Origin: an uncultured archaeon
GTDB taxonomy: Archaea; Asgardarchaeota; Thorarchaeia; Thorarchaeales; Thorarchaeaceae
Reading direction: 5' to 3'
Length of the DNA: 64,000 nt
NCBI GenBank assembly: GCA_964558645.1
Contig: CAZLEV010000005.1
Coordinates: 1 to 64,000, forward strand
The notes under the pieces are model-generated. The model ran no database searches and was not told the origin of the DNA. It worked only from the letters and a program-made list of their open reading frames with translations. A program made the translations under genes and the position numbers. Positions 48,190 to 58,223 of this stretch are shown here, in pieces. Numbering within the stretch: position 1 is the stretch's first letter; each line of letters begins with the position of its first letter.

Positions 48190-49323
48190 TCATATTGGCA
48201 TGGATGAGATATTCTGTGCCTTCGCCCAGTCATATGCCTCTTGATCAGGAGTGCAACCGCCACATCTGTGGCAACCAGCAGCCGTAGCCGCAGGATTGAG
48301 CTCATGCTCCAAGAGGATTCGTCCTACCTTCTTGTAGAATGCTATCGATTCCTCGAACGAACCTACGTATGACGGCACAAAGTCAGCCAACTGACTCTTC
48401 TCAGACGGACGAACAGGTGCAACGACAGGAAGAACACCCTCAGCTGCGAGCTCCTCTATGAAGGAGAGAGTCTTCGGTCGATCTTCACCAAGACCTTGCA
48501 GGATGAATGTGCTCACATTCCCTCGTCCGAAGTAATCAAGAGCAAATCTCCAACTCCGCCGGTACATATCGAGAGATGCATAGTCAGTCTTTCCAGGGCA
48601 GAAGACCTCTCGAATGTCTTCATCGGCGCTCTCGATGTGGAGTCCCACTGCGTCGGCTCCTGCTGCTGCAACCTCCGAGATGTATTTTTCATTGACAGGA
48701 GGCTCGAACTGAACTGCAACTGGGATATCTGAAATCTCCCGGATTGCCTCAATTATAGACACAAGCCTAGAGGATCCTGCATCGGCAGTGTCAGGGGTTC
48801 CAGTCGTTATGAGTACGTTCTCAACTACGCCCTCATCCAATGCGGCCTGCAGTACTTCTACAATCTGTCCGGGCGTCTTCTCAAGTATTGTTTCACCCGC
48901 TGAGCATGAATGGGGGATAGTACAGAACTTACACTGCGTTCCATCTGACCAGTATCTACAGGCCTGATATGCGGTAGTCGCAAGGGTATTCACACCGTGC
49001 AGAAGTGCAATCTGGCTGTAGCGAATGCCCTCGCCGGTGACTCGATCATAGAAGTGCGGTCTGGGCACCACTTGGAGTTCTACTTCACCATCATACAACC
49101 AGACTGAAGGATCCTCGGTGGGCACCAATGCTCTAGAACCATATCGCAGAGCTCTCTCATCTCTCCTGATTGGAATACCCACTGGATTTCCGTTCGGCAG
49201 AATGAAATACCTCCCCCCGACAGGTCCAGCGCCACCGCTCCGTCCAGACCATTCGCTCTCAGGTAAACGGGCGCCCTCAGTAAGTAGACGCACCTTCAAA
49301 CGGAGCATTTCTTCGGGGGTCAT
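48190..49323 (-). CDS. Radical SAM protein, MSMEG_0568-like family
   Basis: 'RSGGAGP', 'ALLHG', CX8CX2C (CRYWSDGTQCKFC), C-terminal 'AGCHRCGGC'. Confidence 0.75.
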   Translation of the reverse strand: MTPEEMLRLKVRLLTEGARLPESEWSGRSGGAGPVGGRYFILPNGNPVGIPIRRDERALRYGSRALVPTEDPSVWLYDGEVELQVVPRPHFYDRVTGEGIRYSQIALLHGVNTLATTAYQACRYWSDGTQCKFCTIPHSCSAGETILEKTPGQIVEVLQAALDEGVVENVLITTGTPDTADAGSSRLVSIIEAIREISDIPVAVQFEPPVNEKYISEVAAAGADAVGLHIESADEDIREVFCPGKTDYASLDMYRRSWRFALDYFGRGNVSTFILQGLGEDRPKTLSFIEELAAEGVLPVVAPVRPSEKSQLADFVPSYVGSFEESIAFYKKVGRILLEHELNPAATAAGCHRCGGCTPDQEAYDWAKAQNISSMPI

Positions 49324-49361
49324 CGCATTCTTTCCACATCAGCATATTGCAGGAAGCCTAT

Positions 49362-50483
49362 TCACTCTTCACCTTCATGCTGCCCCGCCATCTTCACAAG
49401 CTCGGGCAAGTCAAGTACCTCAATCCTGCCCATTGACTGTGCTTCAAGCAGGTTCTTACAGAACGGGCAGGCTGTGATTAGAAAGTCGGCCTCGGTTCGT
49501 ATTGCTTGTTCAACTCTCTCAGTTCCAATCTCTTTCGCCTTGTCTGGGAATAGTGTTCGAAGACCCGCACCATTACCGCAGCACATGGCATCATCTCGAT
49601 TGTGCTCCATCTCGACAAGACCACCATCGAGCAAGTGCTTAATGATGTTTCTCGGAGGGTCATAGATACTGCAATGCCTTCCGAGATGACATGGATCATG
49701 AAAGGTGGCAGTTCCATTTATTGTTCTGCCAGAGAGGACCTCAAGTCTGTCCTCAAGCACTTGGGAGATGTGGAATACTGGCTTGTTGAGTTCAAGCCCA
49801 TTCTCTGGATAGTCTTGAGTTAGGACACGCAGGCATCCGGGGCAGCTCACGATTATGCATTCGGCGTTCATGGAGTTAAGCAGGTCAACGTTATGACGAG
49901 CGGACTCTAGACCAATGTCATAGTGACCTGTTCGGAATAGCGGAGAGCCACAACACCACTCATCGTCACTGACCAGGACGTTATAGCCAAGGCCAGACGT
50001 TAGGACTGACAGTGTGCTCTCAGCAATGGACTGCTCCCTGTATGATGCTGTGCATCCTGCAAAGTAGATGACAGACTCTCCACTCGTGGTCTTGGTGTTA
50101 ATCCAGGAGTTCCGTTCAGAGTGGGACTCCTCAAAGGGGTTATGATTTGTCCGTACTGAAGTCGCCATTCTGAGAAGCTCTTCTGGTTGAGTACCTGATT
50201 CAACAATGCGTCGTCGAGTTGCCTCGACAATGCTGGCAATGTCAATCTCTGGAAGGCACCATGTAAGACAATGGCTACATTCAAGGCATTGATAGAGAAC
50301 CTCAATGCCTCTGGGATCGAGCTTCTGTGTACCGGTGCCGTCATAATGGATGAGAAGTGCACGGCCATGAGGAGTTGGGGAATCAGATCTCCAGACAAAG
50401 AATGTGGGGCATACATGACGACACATCTTGGGGCAGGCCGCACACATTCGAACCTGCTCTGGAATCCTGTCAGACTCTATCAT
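49362..50483 (-). CDS. Fe-S oxidoreductase with ferredoxin and two CCG domains (GlpC/HdrD-like)
   Basis: 'CAACPKMCRHVCP', 'CLECSHCLTWC', 'WCCG', 'HDPCHL', 'MCCG', 'ACPFC'. Confidence 0.88.
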   Translation of the reverse strand: MIESDRIPEQVRMCAACPKMCRHVCPTFFVWRSDSPTPHGRALLIHYDGTGTQKLDPRGIEVLYQCLECSHCLTWCLPEIDIASIVEATRRRIVESGTQPEELLRMATSVRTNHNPFEESHSERNSWINTKTTSGESVIYFAGCTASYREQSIAESTLSVLTSGLGYNVLVSDDEWCCGSPLFRTGHYDIGLESARHNVDLLNSMNAECIIVSCPGCLRVLTQDYPENGLELNKPVFHISQVLEDRLEVLSGRTINGTATFHDPCHLGRHCSIYDPPRNIIKHLLDGGLVEMEHNRDDAMCCGNGAGLRTLFPDKAKEIGTERVEQAIRTEADFLITACPFCKNLLEAQSMGRIEVLDLPELVKMAGQHEGEE

Positions 50484-51907
50484 TCTCGCACCCCCAATCC
50501 GACCTTTCCGGGATTCATGATACCATTGGGGTCAAGGACCTGTTTGATCTGCTCTATCACGCTGAAGGCTGAACCCCATTCCCCCTCCATATAGGTTGAC
50601 CGCGACAGCCCGACACCGTGTTGATGGCTCATGGCTCCGCCTGACTTCAAGCATGCCTCAATCCCATCATCCCAGATCTTTTTGTAGGTCACCCAGGCTT
50701 CTTCAGCAGTGGGCTGGGAAGTGAAGAAGATCATGTAGATGCTTCCCCCATTCGGATACATGTGGGAGAAATGGGACATGACTACGGCATCATGCGCTTC
50801 CATGGCCGTCTTCATAGAGTGATAGACATCTTCCAGTCTGTCATATGTAGCCACAATATCGATTGTGTCGCCTATGGAATAGCCAGCAGTTGTGAACTTG
50901 GTAGGATAGTACATATCGTAGCGATGCTCCCACCAGCGTTTAGCTGGCCCCTCACCGTAGTCCTTCGCTCCATGTTCGAGGCATATCTTGGAGGATATAC
51001 GTTCGTCTAGGGCGACCTTGTCAGGGATTCCATCAAATGCAAGCATCAGCATACAATCTCCCTCTTCCACATCAAAATGGACGCTTACACTCATGGCTGT
51101 ATCATTGGGGTCATAGAGCCGCACTACTGAGGGAAAGACACCGCTCTGGAGAATCTCCCTGATAGCACCAAGTCCGCTATGGATATCAGGAAAACACATA
51201 CTGCGAAAAGACCGTTTCTCAGGGATGGGGAAGAGCTTCATCGTTGCTTGTGTTATGACTCCCAGTGTTCCTTCGGAGCCGATGAACAGATTCTTGAGAT
51301 CCGGGCCAACAGAGTGTCTTGGAAGAGCCTTACATTGAATTACTCGTCCATCCGGTAAGACGGCTTCCAGGCCAAGAGTCAGGTCCTCAATCTTTCCGTA
51401 GAGGGAAGACATCGATCCCCCCGAACGAGTTGCAATGAAACCTCCAAGATTCGAGGCTCTCAGAGAGGTGGGTGTGTGACCTGTTGTATAGCCATGACGA
51501 TTTACAGCTTCTTCCAGCTCAATCCCGACAATACCAGCCTCAGCAGTGACAGTAAGAGATTCATGATCAATCCGCAGCACTTGGTCCATTCTCTTGATAT
51601 CCAGTTGAATACCACCATAGACAGGTAGAGTACCACCGCACGTCCCTGCACCACCCCCGACAGGAATGACGGGGATACGGGTCTCATTGGCTATCCTGAG
51701 GACCTCCGCAACCTCTTCGGTTGTTTCAGGAAAGACAATCATGTCCGCGGTTGGCAGCATCTCACCCGCTCGGATTCTCGCCTCGCTGAGCGGCCAAGCA
51801 TCATGCGCATTCAGAATCATATCCGAAGCTGACCTGCTGATGTTTGCCTTGCCCACAACATCTGAGAGGCGGGCTTCCAGTGTTGATAGAGTTTCAGTGT
51901 CCACCAT
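50480..51907 (-). CDS. FAD-linked oxidoreductase, alkyl-dihydroxyacetonephosphate synthase-like
   Basis: 'SNLGGFIATRSGG', 'YGKIEDL', 'PRHSVGPD', 'GSEGTLGVIT', 'RLYD', 'SHMYPNGGSIY', 'SHQHGVG', 'MNPGK'. Confidence 0.8.
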   Translation of the reverse strand: MVDTETLSTLEARLSDVVGKANISRSASDMILNAHDAWPLSEARIRAGEMLPTADMIVFPETTEEVAEVLRIANETRIPVIPVGGGAGTCGGTLPVYGGIQLDIKRMDQVLRIDHESLTVTAEAGIVGIELEEAVNRHGYTTGHTPTSLRASNLGGFIATRSGGSMSSLYGKIEDLTLGLEAVLPDGRVIQCKALPRHSVGPDLKNLFIGSEGTLGVITQATMKLFPIPEKRSFRSMCFPDIHSGLGAIREILQSGVFPSVVRLYDPNDTAMSVSVHFDVEEGDCMLMLAFDGIPDKVALDERISSKICLEHGAKDYGEGPAKRWWEHRYDMYYPTKFTTAGYSIGDTIDIVATYDRLEDVYHSMKTAMEAHDAVVMSHFSHMYPNGGSIYMIFFTSQPTAEEAWVTYKKIWDDGIEACLKSGGAMSHQHGVGLSRSTYMEGEWGSAFSVIEQIKQVLDPNGIMNPGKVGLGVRE

Positions 51908-51913
51908 CTCGAA

Positions 51914-53146
51914 TCACTCCTTAACCAGTCGTTGCGCAATAAAGACACTCAGATCATCGACTTCGATCGAGCTGCCGCCGCGAAACAGACTGGCTTCAAT
52001 CTGCGCCGTACACAGAGGGCAAGGCGTGACAATCCTTTCGGCATCCGAGGCGGTTATGCCCGTTACATTCTCTCTGGTGACTGCAGAGGCCACATCCTTA
52101 GAGTGGTACGCGACCAGTCCGCCACCACCGCAACATGAATCTGAAACACCAGATGATATGATTTCAACCCCAGGCACTGTATCGAGAAGGTCAAGTGCGT
52201 CTTGCATTGTCTGGCGTGATGTATGCCGAATGAGGTGACATGGATCGTGTACAGCCACCTTGAGACCGCTTCCATTCTCTGCCTGCATAGCAGAAACCAC
52301 TCGATCTAGACCTATCTCGTGTACGAGATACTCGACCATGTGATAAACAGGAATACCCCAATTATCACGTAGAGCAATGTCGTTGAGACTGGAAGTACAA
52401 CCTGCACAGGTTGTCACTATCTTTGATACTCCTCGTGACTTGACTTTCCTCTTCAGGTCTGCAACGAGGGCGCGTGCCGTATCATCATCGCCCATGAGTC
52501 GAGCAGGAAGACCGCAGCAATTGAATTCCTCGAGTAGCGTGTAGTCGACTTCGAAGTGCTCCAGAATCATTTTCCCAGCCTCTCTGACTTCTTGAGCCCG
52601 TTCTTCAGCCTGACAACCGGGATAGAATAAGACCTCGGCGCTGTCCTTGATTCGATTGGGAACAAACCTGAGACCAAGTCGTTCAGTTCGCATATCGCGA
52701 CTTGCCTCCTTCTCTTCAAGGTCATCCCAAGGCTCAAACGCGATATGGTGTTCTGTTAGAACCTCATGTACGCCGAAGAAACCCTTCGGCACAAGGTCGC
52801 GTCTGGTCTTGAATATCCGGGCCCTCACAATGTTCACTATCTCGGGCACATTCACGTTCTTGGGACAGACCTCTCGACAAGTTCCACAGCCCGTGCACAA
52901 GTAGATTGTGTCCGCTGTTGCCCAGTACTCAGGAGGCGCTCTTGTTAGTTGAACAGCAATACTCCTGGGTCCACTGAATCGATCAAGTCCAACCGAGGCG
53001 ACCACAGGACAGTGATTGATACAGAGGCCGCAGTTGATACAGTTCTCGATGGATTTCACCACCTCCAGCTCGTCACCGTGGAATGGAACAATTCCCTCTT
53101 CTTTCAGTGTGCCCTTGACAAATTCATAGGCTTCTTCTTCACTCAT
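51914..53146 (-). CDS. glpC: Fe-S/CCG subunit (GlpC-like)
   Basis: Two CxxCxxCxxxCP motifs, CCG domains, follows glpB. Confidence 0.75.
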   Translation of the reverse strand: MSEEEAYEFVKGTLKEEGIVPFHGDELEVVKSIENCINCGLCINHCPVVASVGLDRFSGPRSIAVQLTRAPPEYWATADTIYLCTGCGTCREVCPKNVNVPEIVNIVRARIFKTRRDLVPKGFFGVHEVLTEHHIAFEPWDDLEEKEASRDMRTERLGLRFVPNRIKDSAEVLFYPGCQAEERAQEVREAGKMILEHFEVDYTLLEEFNCCGLPARLMGDDDTARALVADLKRKVKSRGVSKIVTTCAGCTSSLNDIALRDNWGIPVYHMVEYLVHEIGLDRVVSAMQAENGSGLKVAVHDPCHLIRHTSRQTMQDALDLLDTVPGVEIISSGVSDSCCGGGGLVAYHSKDVASAVTRENVTGITASDAERIVTPCPLCTAQIEASLFRGGSSIEVDDLSVFIAQRLVKE

Positions 53147-53148
53147 TT

Positions 53149-54501
53149 CTAGCCCTCTTCCGAATTCTCAACTGCATTCATCCCTGCGGCAACACCGGTG
53201 GCCAAGGCCACACCTAGGCCGCTCTTCTCCACTGGATAGTTGTATCCAGCAAGAATACTACCAGCAGAGAAGAGATTCTCTGCAAATGGGCTTCCTGACT
53301 GGTCCAGTGGTCGCAGACAATCGTCGATAGCGATTCCACAGGCAAAGAGCCTGTGTCCTCTATTGTTGATTGATATGGGCCCTGTCAGCCTCTGGGGACG
53401 AAGACCACCTGTTGAAGCCCAGTCTTCTGAAACAACGGGTAGATCGAATATTGGTTCAGAGAGTCCATCCTCCGTACCAGAAATGCCTCCACCAACGAAC
53501 TTCCCGGTTGCCAAGACGACGGAACCCGGGAGAATGTCCAGTGAACGATGATGGGTCCTACATCGGACTCGCACCAGCTGATCATTTGACCTCTCATGGT
53601 CTATAGCTTCATGTGCCTCAAGAATGCGACCGCCACGACTCAAAAGATTGCTGTCAAGCGATTTCAATAGACGAAGGCCGGGTACAGAAGGTGGAAACGC
53701 CAGAAGCTCAAATACCTTCACGCTGAGCTGTTCCTCTAAATCACGATGAACCCGAGCTGGTGCCTTCAGACCCAAGACGGGCGGCAGAGCGACGTGTGTC
53801 ACTCCAATCCTCTCTACGTGAGGAAACAGCTCCTCTATGAGAGTATCAGGACCATTAGGATGATCCAGATGGCGGGCAATCTCAACGGATGATGCATTGT
53901 AGGGCTTCCCAAATGGAGCCACGCTCAACTCAACATCCGCAATCTTTCTGGGTGGATTGCCCAGTTGTAGTCTTTCTGCCACAAAACCCTTCGCAGCCAG
54001 GCAGGCATTGAAATCGGGATTGCCTGTGAATCCAGCAAAAAGAAGTGTGGAGTCATCATCCCAATCAGGAGGCACCATGGTCGTCTGAAGGAAACCTGTG
54101 GGTTTGGAAGACCCAAGCACTGTCACCGGCATGATATTTCGCTCCAATGACCCTGTAATCTCTGCAGGAGTCCCTAGGAGCCACTTCTTCAACATCGTGA
54201 CCGACTTCTCAACTCGTTCAAATGCTGAATCAGTACCAGCAGCCCCCCGGCCCAATACCGAATATGGATGATACGGGAACAGTCCAACTAATGCATGAAT
54301 GCCCTCACGTGCCGATTCAAAGGGCGTATTGCCTCCGGGCAGATAACCAGCAATATCAATGGCCCCCGACGAATCGGAGGTTGCGCCGTGTCCCTTACGA
54401 ACCACAGTAACGCTTGCCCCCGCTTCAGAAGCTACGCATGCCGCTGCAAGCCCAGCCATTCCTCCACCGATGACAAGAACATCGGTCTCAAGGTCCATCA
54501 T
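53149..54501 (-). CDS. glpB: Anaerobic glycerol-3-phosphate dehydrogenase subunit B
   Basis: 'IGGGMAG', 'SSGAID', 'PPSVPGLRL', 'LATGKFVGGG', 'EPIFDLP', 'NLFSAGSIL', 'SGLGVA'. Confidence 0.88.
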   Translation of the reverse strand: MMDLETDVLVIGGGMAGLAAACVASEAGASVTVVRKGHGATSDSSGAIDIAGYLPGGNTPFESAREGIHALVGLFPYHPYSVLGRGAAGTDSAFERVEKSVTMLKKWLLGTPAEITGSLERNIMPVTVLGSSKPTGFLQTTMVPPDWDDDSTLLFAGFTGNPDFNACLAAKGFVAERLQLGNPPRKIADVELSVAPFGKPYNASSVEIARHLDHPNGPDTLIEELFPHVERIGVTHVALPPVLGLKAPARVHRDLEEQLSVKVFELLAFPPSVPGLRLLKSLDSNLLSRGGRILEAHEAIDHERSNDQLVRVRCRTHHRSLDILPGSVVLATGKFVGGGISGTEDGLSEPIFDLPVVSEDWASTGGLRPQRLTGPISINNRGHRLFACGIAIDDCLRPLDQSGSPFAENLFSAGSILAGYNYPVEKSGLGVALATGVAAGMNAVENSEEG

Positions 54502-56156
54502 GCGTCCTCCTCCCACGGACTAGGCTCGTAGTCTGTTACTGTCCGATCCAAATTGGCCACACATGCATAGACACCTTGAACCAGCTCCTCCTGGGCAAGC
54601 TGTTCTCCCCGCATGGGCGGTCGCTTACCTTTCCATCGCTCAGCAAGGTAGTTCAGTATCTCAAGATAAGCAATCGGCGCATCCAAGTCATTCTCCTCTG
54701 CTAGAATCCCCGCAACCTTGAAGGTGCAGAAAGTTCCCTGACATGGTCCTGTTCCCACTCTCAGACGCCGCCTCAAGTCATTGATGGTCTGTGGAAACTC
54801 GTTGCGTATGCTGTAGCGGAGCTCAGCCTCGATAACCGGTTCACATGTGCAGATGGTGCTTTTCCATGAGGGGTGACCTCGTGTGAGTTCGAGGACTTCC
54901 TCTGTTTCGGTTCCTCGCCTTGCCCTCATTCTCTCAACGGTGTGTTGAGAAACACCGTACTTCTCGGCAAGGGCAAGAACGTCAACATCACCCTCATTCC
55001 CGGGCAGAGGCTCCTTGTGGGTTCGACAATCGGTCTCAATTCCGAGTTTTTGGCAGACCATATCGGTCACATCTTCGGCCATCTGGCGGCACATGACAAG
55101 CTTGCCCCCTGTAAAACTCAGCAGGCCCGAAACACCGTCTGTGCCATGATCCACAATCTCATATCCACGAGTCACATCATCTTCAGGAACCTTCCAGTCA
55201 GCAATGAGCGGCCGGACTCCTTCCATCGTCCGTATTATCCTGGCATCCCTGATAGAAGGTACTACCCACTCGATGCTCTTGAGCAGATACTCAATCTCAT
55301 CGTAAGACGTAGTCAACGTATCGGGGTCTTCCCATGTGTCAAGTGCAGTAGTTCCCAGCAACACTGTATTCTCATGAGGGAAGAGGTAGATCATACGCCC
55401 ATCAACGGCCTTGGTGACTACGCCAACATTGACCACTCTTCTATCGAGGATGACATGAGCACCTTTGTTCAACCGTAGTTCGAGTGGCACCTCTGCAAGA
55501 GCTGCAATCTTGTGCGCCCAGGGGCCTGCAGCATTCACGACAATGGCTGATGTGAACGAGGTGACCTCTCCAGTTGTTCTGTCGAATACCTTGACGCCTT
55601 GAATCTTCCCATCAGCCACCAGTATCTCCGTGACTTCGCAGTAGGTCTTGACATCGGCTCCACGTTGTCTTGCATCCAACGCCTGAAGCAGACACAGTCT
55701 GAAGGGGTCGATGAAGAACTCCTCGAAGTACATAGAAGCAATAATCTCTGGATTGAGCATCGGTTCGATCTCAAGAGAATCCTCCGGTGTCAGGAACAGG
55801 ACAGGTGGGACATCTCTCTCCGCAGCTCTCTTTGAGTATTCCTCTGCAAAGTTTCCCCCGGTTGAGAGGTCACTCATCTGAAGCATCGGTGTTAGAATCG
55901 GGTTCTTTGCGATGATGTGTCGTGCGATACGGTTCAAGTGAACCACTTCAGCAGAACACATGTCCACAATCTCAGGCTCCTCCATATACTTGAGACCCGA
56001 CGAAATCATACCAGCACAGGTTCCTACGGTAGCTGAGGCGATGTCATCACGCTCGAGTAACAAGGTCCTAAGACCTCGCATGGCGCAATCTCGGGCCACG
56101 GCTGTTCCTGTACTACCACCGCCAATGATGATAACATCATAGTCGTATTTGGTCAT
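54498..56156 (-). CDS. glpA: Anaerobic glycerol-3-phosphate dehydrogenase subunit A
   Basis: 'IGGGSTG', 'RDCAMRGL', 'VNAAGPWA', 'GVRPL', 'GGKL', C-terminal 'CTCE...RVGTGPCQGTFC'. Confidence 0.92.
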   Translation of the reverse strand: MTKYDYDVIIIGGGSTGTAVARDCAMRGLRTLLLERDDIASATVGTCAGMISSGLKYMEEPEIVDMCSAEVVHLNRIARHIIAKNPILTPMLQMSDLSTGGNFAEEYSKRAAERDVPPVLFLTPEDSLEIEPMLNPEIIASMYFEEFFIDPFRLCLLQALDARQRGADVKTYCEVTEILVADGKIQGVKVFDRTTGEVTSFTSAIVVNAAGPWAHKIAALAEVPLELRLNKGAHVILDRRVVNVGVVTKAVDGRMIYLFPHENTVLLGTTALDTWEDPDTLTTSYDEIEYLLKSIEWVVPSIRDARIIRTMEGVRPLIADWKVPEDDVTRGYEIVDHGTDGVSGLLSFTGGKLVMCRQMAEDVTDMVCQKLGIETDCRTHKEPLPGNEGDVDVLALAEKYGVSQHTVERMRARRGTETEEVLELTRGHPSWKSTICTCEPVIEAELRYSIRNEFPQTINDLRRRLRVGTGPCQGTFCTFKVAGILAEENDLDAPIAYLEILNYLAERWKGKRPPMRGEQLAQEELVQGVYACVANLDRTVTDYEPSPWEEDA

Positions 56157-56372
56157 AAATGGCTCATTCTCCGGTTGGCTTGAACTCGTTACCAGAACCT
56201 CTGTGAATCAGAATGAATCTCTCAACCAATACAACTCTTTCGGAATAGATACGTCAAACACCCATCGCATCTGAGTTGATAAGGAGAAACAAGATAGATT
56301 AAAAGAGCCAAGCCGTGGTTGCGGCTCTGAAAACCGGGGAAGAAACCGAGCCTTCTTGGAGGTAGATCACCA

Positions 56373-56618
56373 ATGCCAACGTACAATCTAGGCACGCTAA
56401 CCATAACCGAACATGATGCCGAGAAGCTGACTATCGCTTTAGGAATCCCAGAGGAGAGGTTCGGACAGCTTGTAGAAATCTCGCGCAGCGCCTGGGAGTT
56501 TGAGGACACCATCAGTAAACGCATCGAATGGCTTGCCGAAAGACTGACTGGCTCAGAACTGGTATTCGCTTTAGTTTTCCTCGGTCGATTCTGGGGAGAC
56601 ACAGCAGAAGAAGACTAG
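56373..56618 (+). CDS. Small hypothetical protein
   Basis: 81 aa with strong SD GGAGGT upstream. Confidence 0.65.
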   Translation: MPTYNLGTLTITEHDAEKLTIALGIPEERFGQLVEISRSAWEFEDTISKRIEWLAERLTGSELVFALVFLGRFWGDTAEED

Positions 56619-56665
56619 AGTGCTCTTCTTCTGAGAGCAGTCTCAGATCAGTGTTAGCACTATGA

Positions 56666-58132
56666 TCATGAGGTGAGAGCCAGTATGTCGGGCATCTCGG
56701 CAATCATGAGCTTGTTGAAGACCGTAAACAGATGGCTGTAGGTCTCAACGTTTTCGGGAATGGATTCGCGCTTCTCTTCAATCTTGAACATATTGGAGCT
56801 TGCCTCTGCAAAAGAACCGTATACTCCAGATCCAACGGCACCCAGTATCGCGGCCCCAATCACAGTAGAGTCCCGAGACCTTGGAAGAACCACCTTCTTA
56901 CCCGTACAGTCGGCCATGATTTGTCGCCACAATGTAGAGTTGGCCCCGCCCCCGTCAACACGGAGCTCATCATATTCAATCTCAAGCATGCCCTCCATCA
57001 TCTCCAGATACATCCGTATGCCGTAGCCGTTTGCCTCCATAATCGCTCGTGCCACATGTGCTTTTGTGTGACCAAAGCCAAGGTTGTAGATTATCCCCTT
57101 ATTATAGGCCATGAAAGGAAACACAACAAGACCGTCACTTCCTGCAGGTATCTGGCTTGCACTTGACTCGATAAGGTCGTAGACGTCCTGATTGCTTCTG
57201 GCGGCCAGATCCATCTCTCGCTGACAGTAGTTGTCTCGGTACCATTTGTATGCCAACCCTGTACCAGGAATGACGCCCTCAAGAATCCATTTGCCAGGAA
57301 TAGCAGAGGGATTGCTGAACATGACATAAGGATCTTCAATATGGTCGTCGGTATGCGTTATCACAAATGTGCCAGTTCCTGTGGTTGCTTTCACAATCCC
57401 AGGCTTGATAGTACCGGTGCCCAGTGCAGAACACTGCTGGTCCCCACTTCCCATGATGACTACTGTGCCCTTTCGAAGACCCGTGGCATCTGCCGCCGCC
57501 CCGGTCACATCCCCAATGACTCTTCCCGGGGAGGATATCTCAGCAAGCTTATCCATTGGAATTCCCGTCAACTCGCAGAGATCTTCGGACCATTCCAGCG
57601 ATGAGTGGTCAATGGGGCCAAATCTTGCGTTAGCAGGTTCCGTGAGCATCTGACCACATAGACGATGATTGATGAAGGCATCGAGTGTCACGAATTTGTG
57701 TGCCTTGCCAAAAATCTCTGGCCGGTTCTCTGCGAACCACATCATCTTATTGACGCTCTTTCGGGGCCCTATCTCTTCGGCCATCTGTTTGGCCTTCTCA
57801 GTTGACCTGTTGTCAACCCAAGTGACAGTTGGAGCAAGGGGGTCGCCGTTCTTGTCCACCGGCGTTATGCAGTCGCGCGTCGTTGCCACTACTACGCCCA
57901 CTACTGCATCAGCACCCGAATCATAGTCAGAGAGTGCTCTCTGCATCGTATTGCATGCTGCTCTCCAATATGTTTCAGTTAGCTGCTCGTGTGTCTTCAG
58001 AGTTCGCGGGATTGGAGGATATTCCTCATATTCCTTGGCCAACTCACGACCCTCTTCATCCACAAGGCAAGACCTTGTACCTGTGGTTCCAATGTCGAAA
58101 ACAGCAAAAACCCTCTGACTCATCATGTTCAC
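56666..58132 (-). CDS. FGGY-family carbohydrate kinase (xylulokinase/glycerol kinase superfamily)
   Basis: 'DIGTTGTR', 'TWVDNR', 'GDQQC', 'TGTGTF', 'DGGGANS..WRQIMAD', 'GAAIL'. Confidence 0.9.
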   Translation of the reverse strand: MNMMSQRVFAVFDIGTTGTRSCLVDEEGRELAKEYEEYPPIPRTLKTHEQLTETYWRAACNTMQRALSDYDSGADAVVGVVVATTRDCITPVDKNGDPLAPTVTWVDNRSTEKAKQMAEEIGPRKSVNKMMWFAENRPEIFGKAHKFVTLDAFINHRLCGQMLTEPANARFGPIDHSSLEWSEDLCELTGIPMDKLAEISSPGRVIGDVTGAAADATGLRKGTVVIMGSGDQQCSALGTGTIKPGIVKATTGTGTFVITHTDDHIEDPYVMFSNPSAIPGKWILEGVIPGTGLAYKWYRDNYCQREMDLAARSNQDVYDLIESSASQIPAGSDGLVVFPFMAYNKGIIYNLGFGHTKAHVARAIMEANGYGIRMYLEMMEGMLEIEYDELRVDGGGANSTLWRQIMADCTGKKVVLPRSRDSTVIGAAILGAVGSGVYGSFAEASSNMFKIEEKRESIPENVETYSHLFTVFNKLMIAEMPDILALTS

Positions 58133-58223
58133 CAGGCTATGTTATGGTATAGAATCAGTACGAGCCCCCAATATGAATCAACCGCCAGAGATATTATCAG
58201 CACATAGAGATGATACTCTCCCG

